Below, piece after piece: positions 53,085-62,589 of a DNA stretch of 64,000 nucleotides (the stretch's first letter is position 1; every line of letters begins with the position of its first letter). The position numbers and the translations under genes were made by a program. The stretch comes from a virus, in IMG/VR virus record IMGVR_UViG_3300014913_001094, positions 27,454 to 91,453 of that record. One strand, written 5' to 3'. The notes beneath the pieces were generated by a model that was not told where the DNA came from, made no database searches, and worked only from the letters and a program-made list of their open reading frames with translations.

Positions 53085-53980
53085 TGCAAACAGCAGCGAT
53101 TATAGTGCCACAAGATAATATATTCTTTTCTGACCTAGCAAAGGCACTAGTAATGTCTTTTATGGAGCTTGGTTGGAATGTGATGTGGCTTGGTGATAAA
53201 GATCAAATTAGAGAATATGCAAGACAAATTGATCTAGCAGTTGTACTATCTCCCTTTGATTATAAAGATATTCGTAAAATACTTCCTCGGACGACCAAAG
53301 TTCTCTATCAACTAGAAGCTCTTCCTTGGCCTCAATGTGTTCATTTGAAGAGACGAAAGTATTGGAAGTGGGAAGAGCGCCTAGAAGCAATGAATTCTTA
53401 TGATGCTGTTTGGGAAGCTGACCTAGCCAACATCAAGGAACACTATAGGTATTACAATATTCGTAGACCATTGATTCATATGCCAGTTGGATATTCTTCT
53501 ATATTCGAGCTAGACAAGAGAGTGTCGCAAAGAAATATAGCCTTGTTTATTGGTGAAGATGGTAATCATCCTCGCGTAAAGCCAAGACGTCGAATAGTAC
53601 GAAGAGTCCAATCTCTAATACCTAAGCAGTTTAAGATTGTTAAGGGGCGTTATGGAGATAAAGCAAAGCAGTCAGCTAAGAATGCTCGAATCAATCTCAA
53701 CATTCATCAAAACAGAATGCAGAATTTAGAGAGTCTTCGAGTTGTTGGGCTTTTGATGAGTAATAAGTGTTTTGTCATGACAGAGCCTGTGCTTCACTCG
53801 CCCTTCGAGAACAACAAACACTGGGTAGTTGTTGAAGGTAAAGATATGGCAGCAGAAATTAAGTACTACCTTGAAATGGCAACTTGGGAAGTAGATCGAA
53901 TAGCTAAAGAGGGATACAACTTTGTCAAGAATCACTATACAATGACACAACATTTGAAGAAGGCGTTAGAGCAACTCTAA
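53084..53980 (+). CDS. GT-B glycosyltransferase, CgeB-like (paralog 1 of 3)
   Basis: INLNIH..ESLRV..MSNKCFVMTE..YYL..IAKEGY..HY. Confidence 0.75.
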   Translation: MQTAAIIVPQDNIFFSDLAKALVMSFMELGWNVMWLGDKDQIREYARQIDLAVVLSPFDYKDIRKILPRTTKVLYQLEALPWPQCVHLKRRKYWKWEERLEAMNSYDAVWEADLANIKEHYRYYNIRRPLIHMPVGYSSIFELDKRVSQRNIALFIGEDGNHPRVKPRRRIVRRVQSLIPKQFKIVKGRYGDKAKQSAKNARINLNIHQNRMQNLESLRVVGLLMSNKCFVMTEPVLHSPFENNKHWVVVEGKDMAAEIKYYLEMATWEVDRIAKEGYNFVKNHYTMTQHLKKALEQL

Positions 53981-53981
53981 A

Positions 53982-54527
53982 ATGGGACACAAATATAAAA
54001 AACCTAGACAGGTAAAAATCGGAAAGAATTCTTATTTTGGTAAGAATCTTCGCGTTATTGAAGGACATTCTCACTGTGTTCAAATTGGTGAATTCTGCTC
54101 ATTGGCTGCTGATATCACATTTTGTATGGTAACAGAACATAATTATCGTCGAGTAACAACCTATCCAGTCAAAATGAAGGTTCTTGGAATGGAATATGGA
54201 GTAGATGAACCAAGGGTTGCCTCTAAAGGTGATGTAATTGTAGGAAATGATGTGTGGATTGGATATGGAGCAACAATACTAAGTGGAGTAAATATAGGTC
54301 ATGGCGCGATCATAGCTGCATATGCCCTAGTGACTAAAGATGTTGAGCCCTATGCAATAGTGGGTGGTAATCCTGCAAAAGTAATTAAGTATCGTTTTGA
54401 ACCTCATCAAATAGAAGCTCTATTAGATATAGCATGGTGGAATTGGTCGATAGAAGTCTTGAGTGAGCGTTGTGATGACGTGTACATGGAGGATATTGAT
54501 GAATTCATCGCCAAATACAAAAATTAG
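53982..54527 (+). CDS. Hexapeptide-repeat O-acetyltransferase (CatB/Vat-like fold)
   Basis: IGEFCS, IVGNDVWIG, GVNIGHGA, VTKDVEPYAIVGGNPAKVIKYRF, WWNW. Confidence 0.92.
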   Translation: MGHKYKKPRQVKIGKNSYFGKNLRVIEGHSHCVQIGEFCSLAADITFCMVTEHNYRRVTTYPVKMKVLGMEYGVDEPRVASKGDVIVGNDVWIGYGATILSGVNIGHGAIIAAYALVTKDVEPYAIVGGNPAKVIKYRFEPHQIEALLDIAWWNWSIEVLSERCDDVYMEDIDEFIAKYKN

Positions 54528-55314
54528 TGCTATTTGGATTACAAAGAATAGTGAAAAATTTATTGGATATTCAATTGCTTCACTACTCTCTGTTGTTGAT
54601 CAGGTAATTGTAATGGATGCCGAATCTACAGATAATACACAAAGAATTGTCACTTCTTTTAAGAGTCCAAAAATACAATTTTCTGTTTTAGATCAAGATA
54701 TCTATAATATGAATCACAGTGCTAAGATTGGGTTTGAACATGCTACTGGGAATTTTGTTATGCTTCTTGGTGATGACTATGTCTGGGACAACAACAATGC
54801 TCAAAAATTAAGAGCAGCGGTAGAAGAATCTGAAGTTAATAAAACAAAGGGAGTGCGAGCGACAGTTTATAATATGTCAACTGACTCTGGACATTATTTT
54901 ACTAAATACCAAAAAGAGTATATTTTTCGAAGACAAGAAAAAGATCCACTCCTATGTTACGGTTCTTTTTTTGTAGATAGATTTTATATATTACACAAGA
55001 GTGAGGCGCGTAAATTTAAGAATGGTCTCCCAAGTGTCCGTTTTGCATCAAGCAGATATACAAAAGCAGGACTAGCTTTTTCCCATTGGAAATATCTTAA
55101 AGATACAAAAGATTATTTTATACATAAATATATTTTATATAGAAAAGATAAAAAAGAAACAATTGAGCAGCTTAGAAAAAAAGCAGAGTTAGCCTGGCAG
55201 ACAATAGAAAAGCAACGTCGATATCTTTTACCTCAAATTGTTCCAGAGGTCTTTGAAGATTATAGAGATCTTTTTGTGCCTCTTGGAGGATATGATATTC
55301 TGGAGGAGAAGTGA
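54499..55314 (+). CDS. GT2 glycosyltransferase
   Basis: ATG 54499 after GGAGG; ITKNSE, VMDAESTDNT, LLGDD. Confidence 0.8.
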   Translation: MNSSPNTKISAIWITKNSEKFIGYSIASLLSVVDQVIVMDAESTDNTQRIVTSFKSPKIQFSVLDQDIYNMNHSAKIGFEHATGNFVMLLGDDYVWDNNNAQKLRAAVEESEVNKTKGVRATVYNMSTDSGHYFTKYQKEYIFRRQEKDPLLCYGSFFVDRFYILHKSEARKFKNGLPSVRFASSRYTKAGLAFSHWKYLKDTKDYFIHKYILYRKDKKETIEQLRKKAELAWQTIEKQRRYLLPQIVPEVFEDYRDLFVPLGGYDILEEK

Positions 55315-56180
55315 AGATTTTAACAATAGCTCATCATTATGATCCTCTTGCTCGCTTTATAGCTACTGCTTTTCAGGAATGTTTTATTGAATTGGGATAT
55401 GAAGCTGAAATGCGGTCAGAATATGAGTCCGGATATGATATTAGTTTTGGAATGTACGCTCATTCGTCATATGGCACTCAAAATGACGGAACTTATAAGA
55501 TAGCATACAATTGGGAATCGTTAAGCCTCAAGATGTGGCACAGAAGGATATGTGGAGGAACACAATTTGATTGCATTTGGGACTGTGATGAGAATAATCT
55601 TCAATATACTACTCCTGGAGAGCACTTATGTTGTCCAATTGGATATCATGAGAAATTTGAACTTCCACAAGCGATAGGGCCTCACAATAAGATAGCATTC
55701 ATAGGAAATTCTCCAACAAGCAGTCGAAGAAGACGTAATCCAAATTCAAGAAAGTGGCATAGACGAAGGATAATAGAGAGCATAGAAAAACATACAGGTA
55801 CACAGGTGTGGTATGTTGAGGATAAGACTAAGCAAATACATACAGAGAAGTTGAGTCAAATCATACATAATACTGATGTTCATTTAAACATTCACAACAA
55901 TCCTCATAGTCCTATGTTTGAAAGCCTTAGAGTGATTGCAATGTTGCTAAGCAATAGAAAATTTGTAATAAGTGAACCAAGTAGAACCTCTCCTCTTATT
56001 GATAAAGAGCATTATATAGAAACTAATGATTTTTCTAATGTTGAATATTACCTACAACACCCAGAAGAATGTAAAGAGATTGCACAACGTGGATATGACT
56101 TTATCAAAGCTAAATATAAATTAATTGATCATGTTGCTGAGTGTTTCGATCAACTACCAGAGAGAGTTAAGAAGAGATGA
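55311..56180 (+). CDS. GT-B glycosyltransferase, CgeB-like (paralog 2 of 3)
   Basis: PIGYH, AFIG, LNIH..FESLRV..SNRKFVISE..IAQRGY. Confidence 0.75.
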   Translation: MKILTIAHHYDPLARFIATAFQECFIELGYEAEMRSEYESGYDISFGMYAHSSYGTQNDGTYKIAYNWESLSLKMWHRRICGGTQFDCIWDCDENNLQYTTPGEHLCCPIGYHEKFELPQAIGPHNKIAFIGNSPTSSRRRRNPNSRKWHRRRIIESIEKHTGTQVWYVEDKTKQIHTEKLSQIIHNTDVHLNIHNNPHSPMFESLRVIAMLLSNRKFVISEPSRTSPLIDKEHYIETNDFSNVEYYLQHPEECKEIAQRGYDFIKAKYKLIDHVAECFDQLPERVKKR

Positions 56181-56806
56181 AAGATAGACATCGTAAAAAG
56201 TTAATTGAGTTGATAGAGAGAGCTGATCAAGCTCGTCGAGATTGGGAAAATCTTGCTGTACGTGCTTATAAAATTCATCCAAAGCAAATCTTTAGTCCTA
56301 GAGAGGCTAATTTTATACGATTCATTCAGTCTGACGACTTCATTCTAGATCTTGGCTGTGGTAATGCAAAAACTCTCAAGGCTCTCGCAGAGAAGTGTAG
56401 AGGCGGAATTGGTATAGAAAGTAGCCCTGTATGTCATAAAGATTCGAAGAGATTCAATAGCAGTAAGATCAGAATCATAGAAGACAACTTCTTTAATGTC
56501 CTACCTGGATTAGCTGGGCAATATACCGTAACTCTGATGTCTCATGTCTTAGAACATGTGATTGAGCCAATACCATTGTTACAACAATTGACAAGTGAAA
56601 AGCTTCTCTTACTTGTTCCTACTAATACTTGGGAGTTTAAAATGAGAGATGACCTTGGTATACATTCTACTCGTCAGCCAGATCATTATAGAGAATACGA
56701 TAAGGATTTGTTAACTAGTGAACTACAAGCAAGCGGATGGCAATCAGAATATATGGAATATACAGAAGAAGAAGAACTTCTATGTTTTGCAAGGAGAGTA
56801 AGATGA
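56177..56806 (+). CDS. Class I SAM-dependent methyltransferase
   Basis: ILDLGCG, GIE, SHVLEHV, VP, HYREY. Confidence 0.9.
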   Translation: MKDRHRKKLIELIERADQARRDWENLAVRAYKIHPKQIFSPREANFIRFIQSDDFILDLGCGNAKTLKALAEKCRGGIGIESSPVCHKDSKRFNSSKIRIIEDNFFNVLPGLAGQYTVTLMSHVLEHVIEPIPLLQQLTSEKLLLLVPTNTWEFKMRDDLGIHSTRQPDHYREYDKDLLTSELQASGWQSEYMEYTEEEELLCFARRVR

Positions 56807-57810
56807 AAATAGCATTTATTTGTCCGGATGGCCTCGACGTAAGAGGTGGTGTAAAAAGAATTTGCGAATATGCCATGAGACTCGGTCATCGCGGTCATGA
56901 TGTGTATGTTTTAACTAAAGATACAATAATGCCTGAATGGTTAAAAGATTATGATAGCTTTAAGTTAGCACCAATCAAAGACTATAGACATTTTAAAACC
57001 GATGTTGCTATCGCTACGGGTGGCCGAGCTGCTCGTCGCCTTGGTAGAATGACAAAAGTAAAAGTCAAAGTATACTCAGTAGTAATGTTGGAAAGTATGA
57101 ATAAGCCAACCGAAAAGCACGGGAAAAAGATTGATCGTGATAGATTCCTTTCTGATCCCTATGGTCAAAATTGGCTTTATTATGCCAACTCCACATGGAT
57201 GCGGGATATAGTAGAAAAAGATTTTAATCAAAAGTGTGAATTGGTGTTGGCACCAAGTCACGAAAGAATGAGGCCTGTAGCAAGCATTAAGCCAAAAAAC
57301 AGAGTATGGGCCCTTGGTTATGGTGGGACAAGCGATTGGAAAGGTGGAGGCAGGACAGCAGAGGCAGTTGGATTAGCAAAGAAACATATATCAGGACTGC
57401 AGATGATTCATTATTCTCAACGCAGCATACCAAAGCAAAGAAGAATTATTGCAAAACACTGGAGCTGTCCGGATCAAGATTTTCTACCAACAATCTACAG
57501 CTCAGCAGATGTATTTATTCATTCGTCCAGATTTGAAGGTTGGGCAAACACCTGCATGGAAGCAATCAGCTGTGGAACACCAGTTGTTTCTTACAAGACT
57601 CCTGGAATTGAAGATATTGTAATCAATAATAAGACAGGTATTGTAGTAGATACGTTTGATCCAACTCATATGGCCCGCGCTATGGTAAGACTATTGCAAG
57701 ATAAGCCGAGATATGAGGCAATGAAGATTCGATGCATTGAGCATGCGGCCACCTTTTGTTGGGATGTAACTTTGTCAAAGTTAGAGCAAATTTTTGAAGC
57801 ACGCCTTTAA
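56803..57810 (+). CDS. GT4 glycosyltransferase
   Basis: ATG 56803 after AAGGAG; GGV..L..RGHDV, WKG, SRFEGW...MEAISCGTPVV. Confidence 0.9.
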   Translation: MKIAFICPDGLDVRGGVKRICEYAMRLGHRGHDVYVLTKDTIMPEWLKDYDSFKLAPIKDYRHFKTDVAIATGGRAARRLGRMTKVKVKVYSVVMLESMNKPTEKHGKKIDRDRFLSDPYGQNWLYYANSTWMRDIVEKDFNQKCELVLAPSHERMRPVASIKPKNRVWALGYGGTSDWKGGGRTAEAVGLAKKHISGLQMIHYSQRSIPKQRRIIAKHWSCPDQDFLPTIYSSADVFIHSSRFEGWANTCMEAISCGTPVVSYKTPGIEDIVINNKTGIVVDTFDPTHMARAMVRLLQDKPRYEAMKIRCIEHAATFCWDVTLSKLEQIFEARL

Positions 57811-57821
57811 AAGAGGATAAG

Positions 57822-58634
57822 ATGAAAAGAATACTCGTAGTATGTCCCCCAAATAAGATATTTGGTAGATTTGCGGAAGCCTGTGTAGATAGTCTTGACA
57901 ATCTTGGCTATGAAGTGGTTTTACAGAAAGAGTATTCTGCTGACTTTGACATAGCTCTCTTTTTCGATTTTTATGCAGAACATAATATTGTGGACGACAC
58001 CTATAAGGTAGGATATAATTTTGAACCTCTGTGGGTAGGTAGATGGAGAAGACAGATATCGCAGAAGCAACATCAATATGATTGTATTTTTGATGCGAGC
58101 TATCTCAACTGCTCCTACTCTAAAATTTGTAAGCCACATATCTTTTGTCCTATAGGATATCATCCTATGTTTGAATGTTTAGAGACAGTAGAGAAGAAAG
58201 AAAAAATTATCTTCATTGGTGATCTTAGTAAGTATAGACAGAAAATAATACAAAGGATTTCCACAAAAACTGCCAAAACAGTAAAAGTAATTACAGGAAA
58301 ATACTGGCAAGAGTTAGAAAAAGATTCATCTGGCATTTATCTCAACATACATGGCCACCGCAGTAAGTTTATATTTGAAGGTGCACGCATAATAGGAGTT
58401 TTGATGAGTAACAAGTGCTTTGTTATCAGTGAGACTTGTAAATGGAGCCCACTAAAGAATGGGATACATTATGTCGAAGCTCACTGGTCTTCTATGCCAG
58501 AGAAGGTTCAATATTATCTTAATAATCCTCTCAAAAGAGAAAAAATAGCGCAACAAGGATATGATTTTATAAAAACGCAATACAGATTTCAAGATCACAT
58601 AAAAAGAGCAATGGAGCAAATATGTCAAAAATAG
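57822..58634 (+). CDS. GT-B glycosyltransferase, CgeB-like (paralog 3 of 3)
   Basis: PIGYHP, IFIG, LNIH..FE..RI..MSNKCFVISE..IAQQGY. Confidence 0.75.
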   Translation: MKRILVVCPPNKIFGRFAEACVDSLDNLGYEVVLQKEYSADFDIALFFDFYAEHNIVDDTYKVGYNFEPLWVGRWRRQISQKQHQYDCIFDASYLNCSYSKICKPHIFCPIGYHPMFECLETVEKKEKIIFIGDLSKYRQKIIQRISTKTAKTVKVITGKYWQELEKDSSGIYLNIHGHRSKFIFEGARIIGVLMSNKCFVISETCKWSPLKNGIHYVEAHWSSMPEKVQYYLNNPLKREKIAQQGYDFIKTQYRFQDHIKRAMEQICQK

Positions 58635-59335
58635 GAATAGGAGTCTGTACATATAATCGCTTAGATCTACTTCAGAAGTGTTTGAGTGGCTTTGCAAACA
58701 CAATCTCTTCAACATGTCGATTGATAATATCTTCTGATGGAAGTACAGATGGGACTGATAAGTGGTTAGGCCAACAGAGCCACGACTGGATATCGGGACC
58801 AAATGTGGGAATAGCTAAAAATAAAAATCGCTTACTCAATGTGCTAGATGATTGTGATTATATATTTTTAATTGAGGATGATATAGTAATAAAAAATTCG
58901 AAGTGGATTGAATGGTATATCAGAACATCACAAGAAAGCGGTATACAGCATTTTTCTTATCATAATAAGATTCAAAGAGCGCGAAGAAATACAACACACT
59001 ATGCAACAACAACAACAATAGGGGATCATGGAACAACAGGACAATTGATGTTTTTTACAAAAGAGGTTTTAAAAAGATGTGGAGGCTTCAATGAACAATA
59101 TGCTGGACATGGCTATGAACATCTTGAATATACAAAACGAATTAATTTTGCTTTTCAATATGGACCTTTATTTCTAGATAGCTTAGAAGGACATCTATGT
59201 ATTCATGCACCCACAACAAAATCTTCCACTCAGGCTACAGGTAAAAACGGAAAACTATATAAACATTTTAAGAGATATTATCAAAGAGACTTTGAACGAT
59301 TTCGCTATTGTGAATATAAGGGAGAACAAAGATGA
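58622..59335 (+). CDS. GT2 glycosyltransferase
   Basis: CTYNR, SDGSTDGT, N.GIA.NKN, LIEDD, GGFNE.Y..GYEH. Confidence 0.9.
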   Translation: MSKIGIGVCTYNRLDLLQKCLSGFANTISSTCRLIISSDGSTDGTDKWLGQQSHDWISGPNVGIAKNKNRLLNVLDDCDYIFLIEDDIVIKNSKWIEWYIRTSQESGIQHFSYHNKIQRARRNTTHYATTTTIGDHGTTGQLMFFTKEVLKRCGGFNEQYAGHGYEHLEYTKRINFAFQYGPLFLDSLEGHLCIHAPTTKSSTQATGKNGKLYKHFKRYYQRDFERFRYCEYKGEQR

Positions 59336-60087
59336 TCCCACTCAAAGTAGCTCCTGACAATGGTAATTGGGGAGACATATTGTCGCCAGTTTTGATTAAA
59401 AAACTTACAGGCATAGATATGCCAGTTGTTTATGGAAATACGCACAGGAAGCAAGCACATCTTTTAGCAATTGGAAGTCTTTTGAGATGGGCAAATAAAA
59501 ATACCACAGTCTGGGGCACTGGGTTTTTGTCAAATTCAATGAAGGTAAAAGGAAGACCTCATATCTGTGCTGTACGTGGACCATCAACTCGAGAGAGATT
59601 ACAACAATTGGGAATCGATTGTCCTGAGATATATGGTGATCCAGCACTGTTGTATCCTCGTTTTTATAATCCAAAAGTTGAAACTAAGTTTGATTTGGGA
59701 ATTATACCTCATTATTGTGAGAAAGATTTATATAAACATTTGAATCAAAATGGTGTCCTTACGATAGATATCTGTGCAGGAATAGATTCTGTTGTAGATC
59801 AAGTTAAGAGTTGTAAGAAAATAATATCAAGCTCACTTCACGGATTGATTGTAGCTGATGCATATCAGATTCCCTCTCTTTGGATTGAGGCCTCAAGTGA
59901 GGTTCTTGGTAAAGGATTTAAATTCATAGACTATTTTAGGTCTGTTGGTCGATCTGACAGAAGCTCCTTTAAAGTCAATAAAGAAACTACGCTTGAACTG
60001 ATTGAGAATCAGTTTTCTCAATACAAAATAGATATTGATCTCGACAAGTTAGCTAATTCATTCCCAATTCATCTATTGGAAAAATAA
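59332..60087 (+). CDS. Polysaccharide pyruvyltransferase (ExoV-like)
   Basis: NWGD.LS, IGS, VWGTG, AVRGP.T, GDPALL, IIPHY, SSSLHGLI.ADAY.IP, FKF.DY. Confidence 0.92.
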   Translation: MIPLKVAPDNGNWGDILSPVLIKKLTGIDMPVVYGNTHRKQAHLLAIGSLLRWANKNTTVWGTGFLSNSMKVKGRPHICAVRGPSTRERLQQLGIDCPEIYGDPALLYPRFYNPKVETKFDLGIIPHYCEKDLYKHLNQNGVLTIDICAGIDSVVDQVKSCKKIISSSLHGLIVADAYQIPSLWIEASSEVLGKGFKFIDYFRSVGRSDRSSFKVNKETTLELIENQFSQYKIDIDLDKLANSFPIHLLEK

Positions 60088-60088
60088 A

Positions 60089-60841
60089 ATGTTAGATATG
60101 ATGACAGACATGGAAGTGGTAGAGAGTGTGCGCCGGCATATTTCTCACAATACTCCTTTTGCTTTGATGCGACTAGGGGATGGAGAAATGTATTTACTAA
60201 GAGGAACATCACCACGGTCTGGATTTTGGAATAAATATGTGCAAGTTTGGGGTTTTGAGGAAGAAAAGCAAGCTCTCGACTCTGTTGGCAAATATACGCT
60301 TAAAGCTCTGAGAGAAGCAGATGTTGTAGGTCTCTTAGATAAGAGGGTAGCTAAAAGGATGTACATTCGCCTCAGAGAGGAAGATTGGATTCCTACAAAG
60401 GAAGAACTAAAAAAATGGAGGGTTAATCTTGATTCTAGAAAAATATGTAGTCATCAGATTGTGAGGACAAGAGAATTAGGAACAGTGGAAGCGTGGCAAA
60501 AGCTCCTGGCCGGTCGTCCTGTTCATATCATAAGCTGCAATGTAGAACAGTTGAAGAAAAACAAGATTTCCAGCTTACTAAAGGCTGATGTTTCTTATAC
60601 TCAAGTACCCAATCCGACTTCGCTTTTGGATCGAGAAGAGATATTGAAGAGTTTAGAAAACATTAAGCCTAGTGTGGTTCTTTTTGGATTAAGCGTGCTT
60701 GGAAAAGATATAGGAATAACTTTAAGAGATGAATATGGAAAAATATCCATAGACATGGGAGCTACATTAGATGCTTGGGCAGGGCTTGAAACCAGACCAT
60801 GGTTCAAAAAAGATGGGGGACAGGAGTACCTAGTTGTATGA
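60089..60841 (+). CDS. GT-D-fold (DUF1792-like) glycosyltransferase
   Basis: F..MRLGDGE, ADVVG, GK..I..G..SIDMG..LDAW. Confidence 0.75.
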   Translation: MLDMMTDMEVVESVRRHISHNTPFALMRLGDGEMYLLRGTSPRSGFWNKYVQVWGFEEEKQALDSVGKYTLKALREADVVGLLDKRVAKRMYIRLREEDWIPTKEELKKWRVNLDSRKICSHQIVRTRELGTVEAWQKLLAGRPVHIISCNVEQLKKNKISSLLKADVSYTQVPNPTSLLDREEILKSLENIKPSVVLFGLSVLGKDIGITLRDEYGKISIDMGATLDAWAGLETRPWFKKDGGQEYLVV

Positions 60842-61386
60842 AGTTACATATTGGATGTGGAAAAAAGGCTCTTGAGGGATGGATTAATATAGATATTAAA
60901 GATCATCCTTGGATAGACTTAAAACATAACATTTTACAACCTTTACCATATGATAAAAATACCATAGATTATATTTTTAATGAACATGTATTTGAACATT
61001 TTACTCAGCGTGAGGGAATGAAGATACTTAGAGATTGGCATCGAGTCTTGAGTCTCACCGGTGTTATAAGGATAGCAATGCCAGGACTAAAAGATAGTAT
61101 TGCAAAGTATCTCGATGGCTCTTGGCGCAATGAGCCTTGGGTAAAAAAGCTCAAATTTCGTAGAAGAACAGATGCAGAGTATTTAAATCTTCTTTTTTAT
61201 GGAACCTTAGATAGATATCATCATAAGTGTATATATGATTTTGAATTGTTGAAGAGAAATTTAGAGAGAGCAGGATTTAGAAACGTACAACAGCAAGTAC
61301 ATCATCAAAGTTCATACATAGAGTTATGTAATATAGAGGGCAGATCTGCAGCAGAAAGTAATTTGATAATAGAAGCGGTGAAGTAA
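60838..61386 (+). CDS. Class I SAM-dependent methyltransferase
   Basis: ATG 60838 after AGGAG; KLHIGCG..GWINID, EHVFEHF, RVL..G..RIA.P. Confidence 0.9.
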   Translation: MKLHIGCGKKALEGWINIDIKDHPWIDLKHNILQPLPYDKNTIDYIFNEHVFEHFTQREGMKILRDWHRVLSLTGVIRIAMPGLKDSIAKYLDGSWRNEPWVKKLKFRRRTDAEYLNLLFYGTLDRYHHKCIYDFELLKRNLERAGFRNVQQQVHHQSSYIELCNIEGRSAAESNLIIEAVK

Positions 61387-61962
61387 GTGGTTTTTTTAAC
61401 TGAAGTGGCCTTGAAGAATTTAGGCTTTAACAATATAGGAGACAATGTTCTCATTAGTGACAAGGCCTCAATATATGGTGCAGAGAATGTTTCTATTGGA
61501 GACAATGTAAGAATAGATGATTTTTGCATACTCAGTGCAATAGGTGGATATATTGATCTAGGAAGCCATATCCATATTGCAGCATATGTTTCTTTATTTG
61601 GAGGAGGCGGAATAGTAATTGAGGATTTTTGTGGAGTTTCTTCCTATACTTGCATCTACTCAGTTAATGATAACTATAATGGAGATTATTTGATGGGTCC
61701 AGAAATAGATAGCGATCTCACAGATGTAACAAAAGCAGAGGTAAGGCTGTGTAGATATGTCACATGTGGTACACACTCTGTAGTCCTACCAGGTGTTAGA
61801 TTAAATGAAGGAACAGTACTTGGAGCTTGCTCACTAGCAACAAAAGAACAAAACGAGTGGCAAATTTATGCAGGGGTGCCTGCAAAAGAAATTAAAGCTC
61901 GCAAAAGAGGACTATTATCAAAGGCTAAAGAGATGGAGAAGAGATGGCAGCGAAAATCATAA
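61387..61962 (+). CDS. vioB: Hexapeptide acyltransferase, VioB-like (NDP-4-amino-4,6-dideoxyhexose N-acyltransferase)
   Basis: LGF..IG.NVLISDKASIYG...IGDNVRIDDFCILS..HIA..D.Y.G..L; lies close to a VioA-like gene. Confidence 0.7.
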   Translation: MVFLTEVALKNLGFNNIGDNVLISDKASIYGAENVSIGDNVRIDDFCILSAIGGYIDLGSHIHIAAYVSLFGGGGIVIEDFCGVSSYTCIYSVNDNYNGDYLMGPEIDSDLTDVTKAEVRLCRYVTCGTHSVVLPGVRLNEGTVLGACSLATKEQNEWQIYAGVPAKEIKARKRGLLSKAKEMEKRWQRKS

Positions 61963-61974
61963 AAAGGAGCGGAA

Positions 61975-62571
61975 ATGGTACTGATTAGAAAACCATTTAT
62001 TGGATTAGGTACTGGTAGAATGGGTACAACAAGTCTTCAAAAGTTAGTCGGAGCGTGTCAAAATACAATAGTTGGTCACGAGCAGAAACAATATCTCACT
62101 GCGTGGCATGAAGATAAGAATATACATAAAATTGATCGATTAATTGAATGGCTCGAAAGCAATGCTCAAAAAGGACTTTTAGTTGGTGAAGTGACTCCAA
62201 GCTTAGTACCAAGAGTTGACTATATTCGAGATAAGATAGATGTTAAGATTATATGTTTACATAGATCTAAGGAAGAAGTAGTAGAGTCATATATGAAAAA
62301 ATGCAAAAACAGGTCACTTATACTTCCTGATCAAAAATGGAGTAATTGGTGCAAATATGCACCGACAATTTCAGCTAAAGATGTGAGAACATCGTATGAG
62401 GCATATTGGGAATTGTATGAGAGAGTTGCAGCCGATATAACAGATGCATATCATTTTAATACACACGACTTGAGCAACAAAAAAAGTCTTGAACAGTTGT
62501 TCAAGTTTTTAGATATTCCTAAAGGGGATTGGGAATTTCTAAAGAAGACAAAATGGAATATCGGTTGTTAG
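61975..62571 (+). CDS. P-loop sulfotransferase-like protein
   Basis: IGLGTGRMGTTSL (5'-PSB-like), HE, KIICLHR..EVVES (3'-PB-like), L..FL. Confidence 0.75.
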   Translation: MVLIRKPFIGLGTGRMGTTSLQKLVGACQNTIVGHEQKQYLTAWHEDKNIHKIDRLIEWLESNAQKGLLVGEVTPSLVPRVDYIRDKIDVKIICLHRSKEEVVESYMKKCKNRSLILPDQKWSNWCKYAPTISAKDVRTSYEAYWELYERVAADITDAYHFNTHDLSNKKSLEQLFKFLDIPKGDWEFLKKTKWNIGC

Positions 62572-62589
62572 CAAGGAGAGAGACGGGTT

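Noticed and set aside
53982-54527. Antibiotic resistance gene (cat/vat)
   Set aside because: The fold is shared with sugar O-acetyltransferases, and the GT-operon context favours glycan acetylation.
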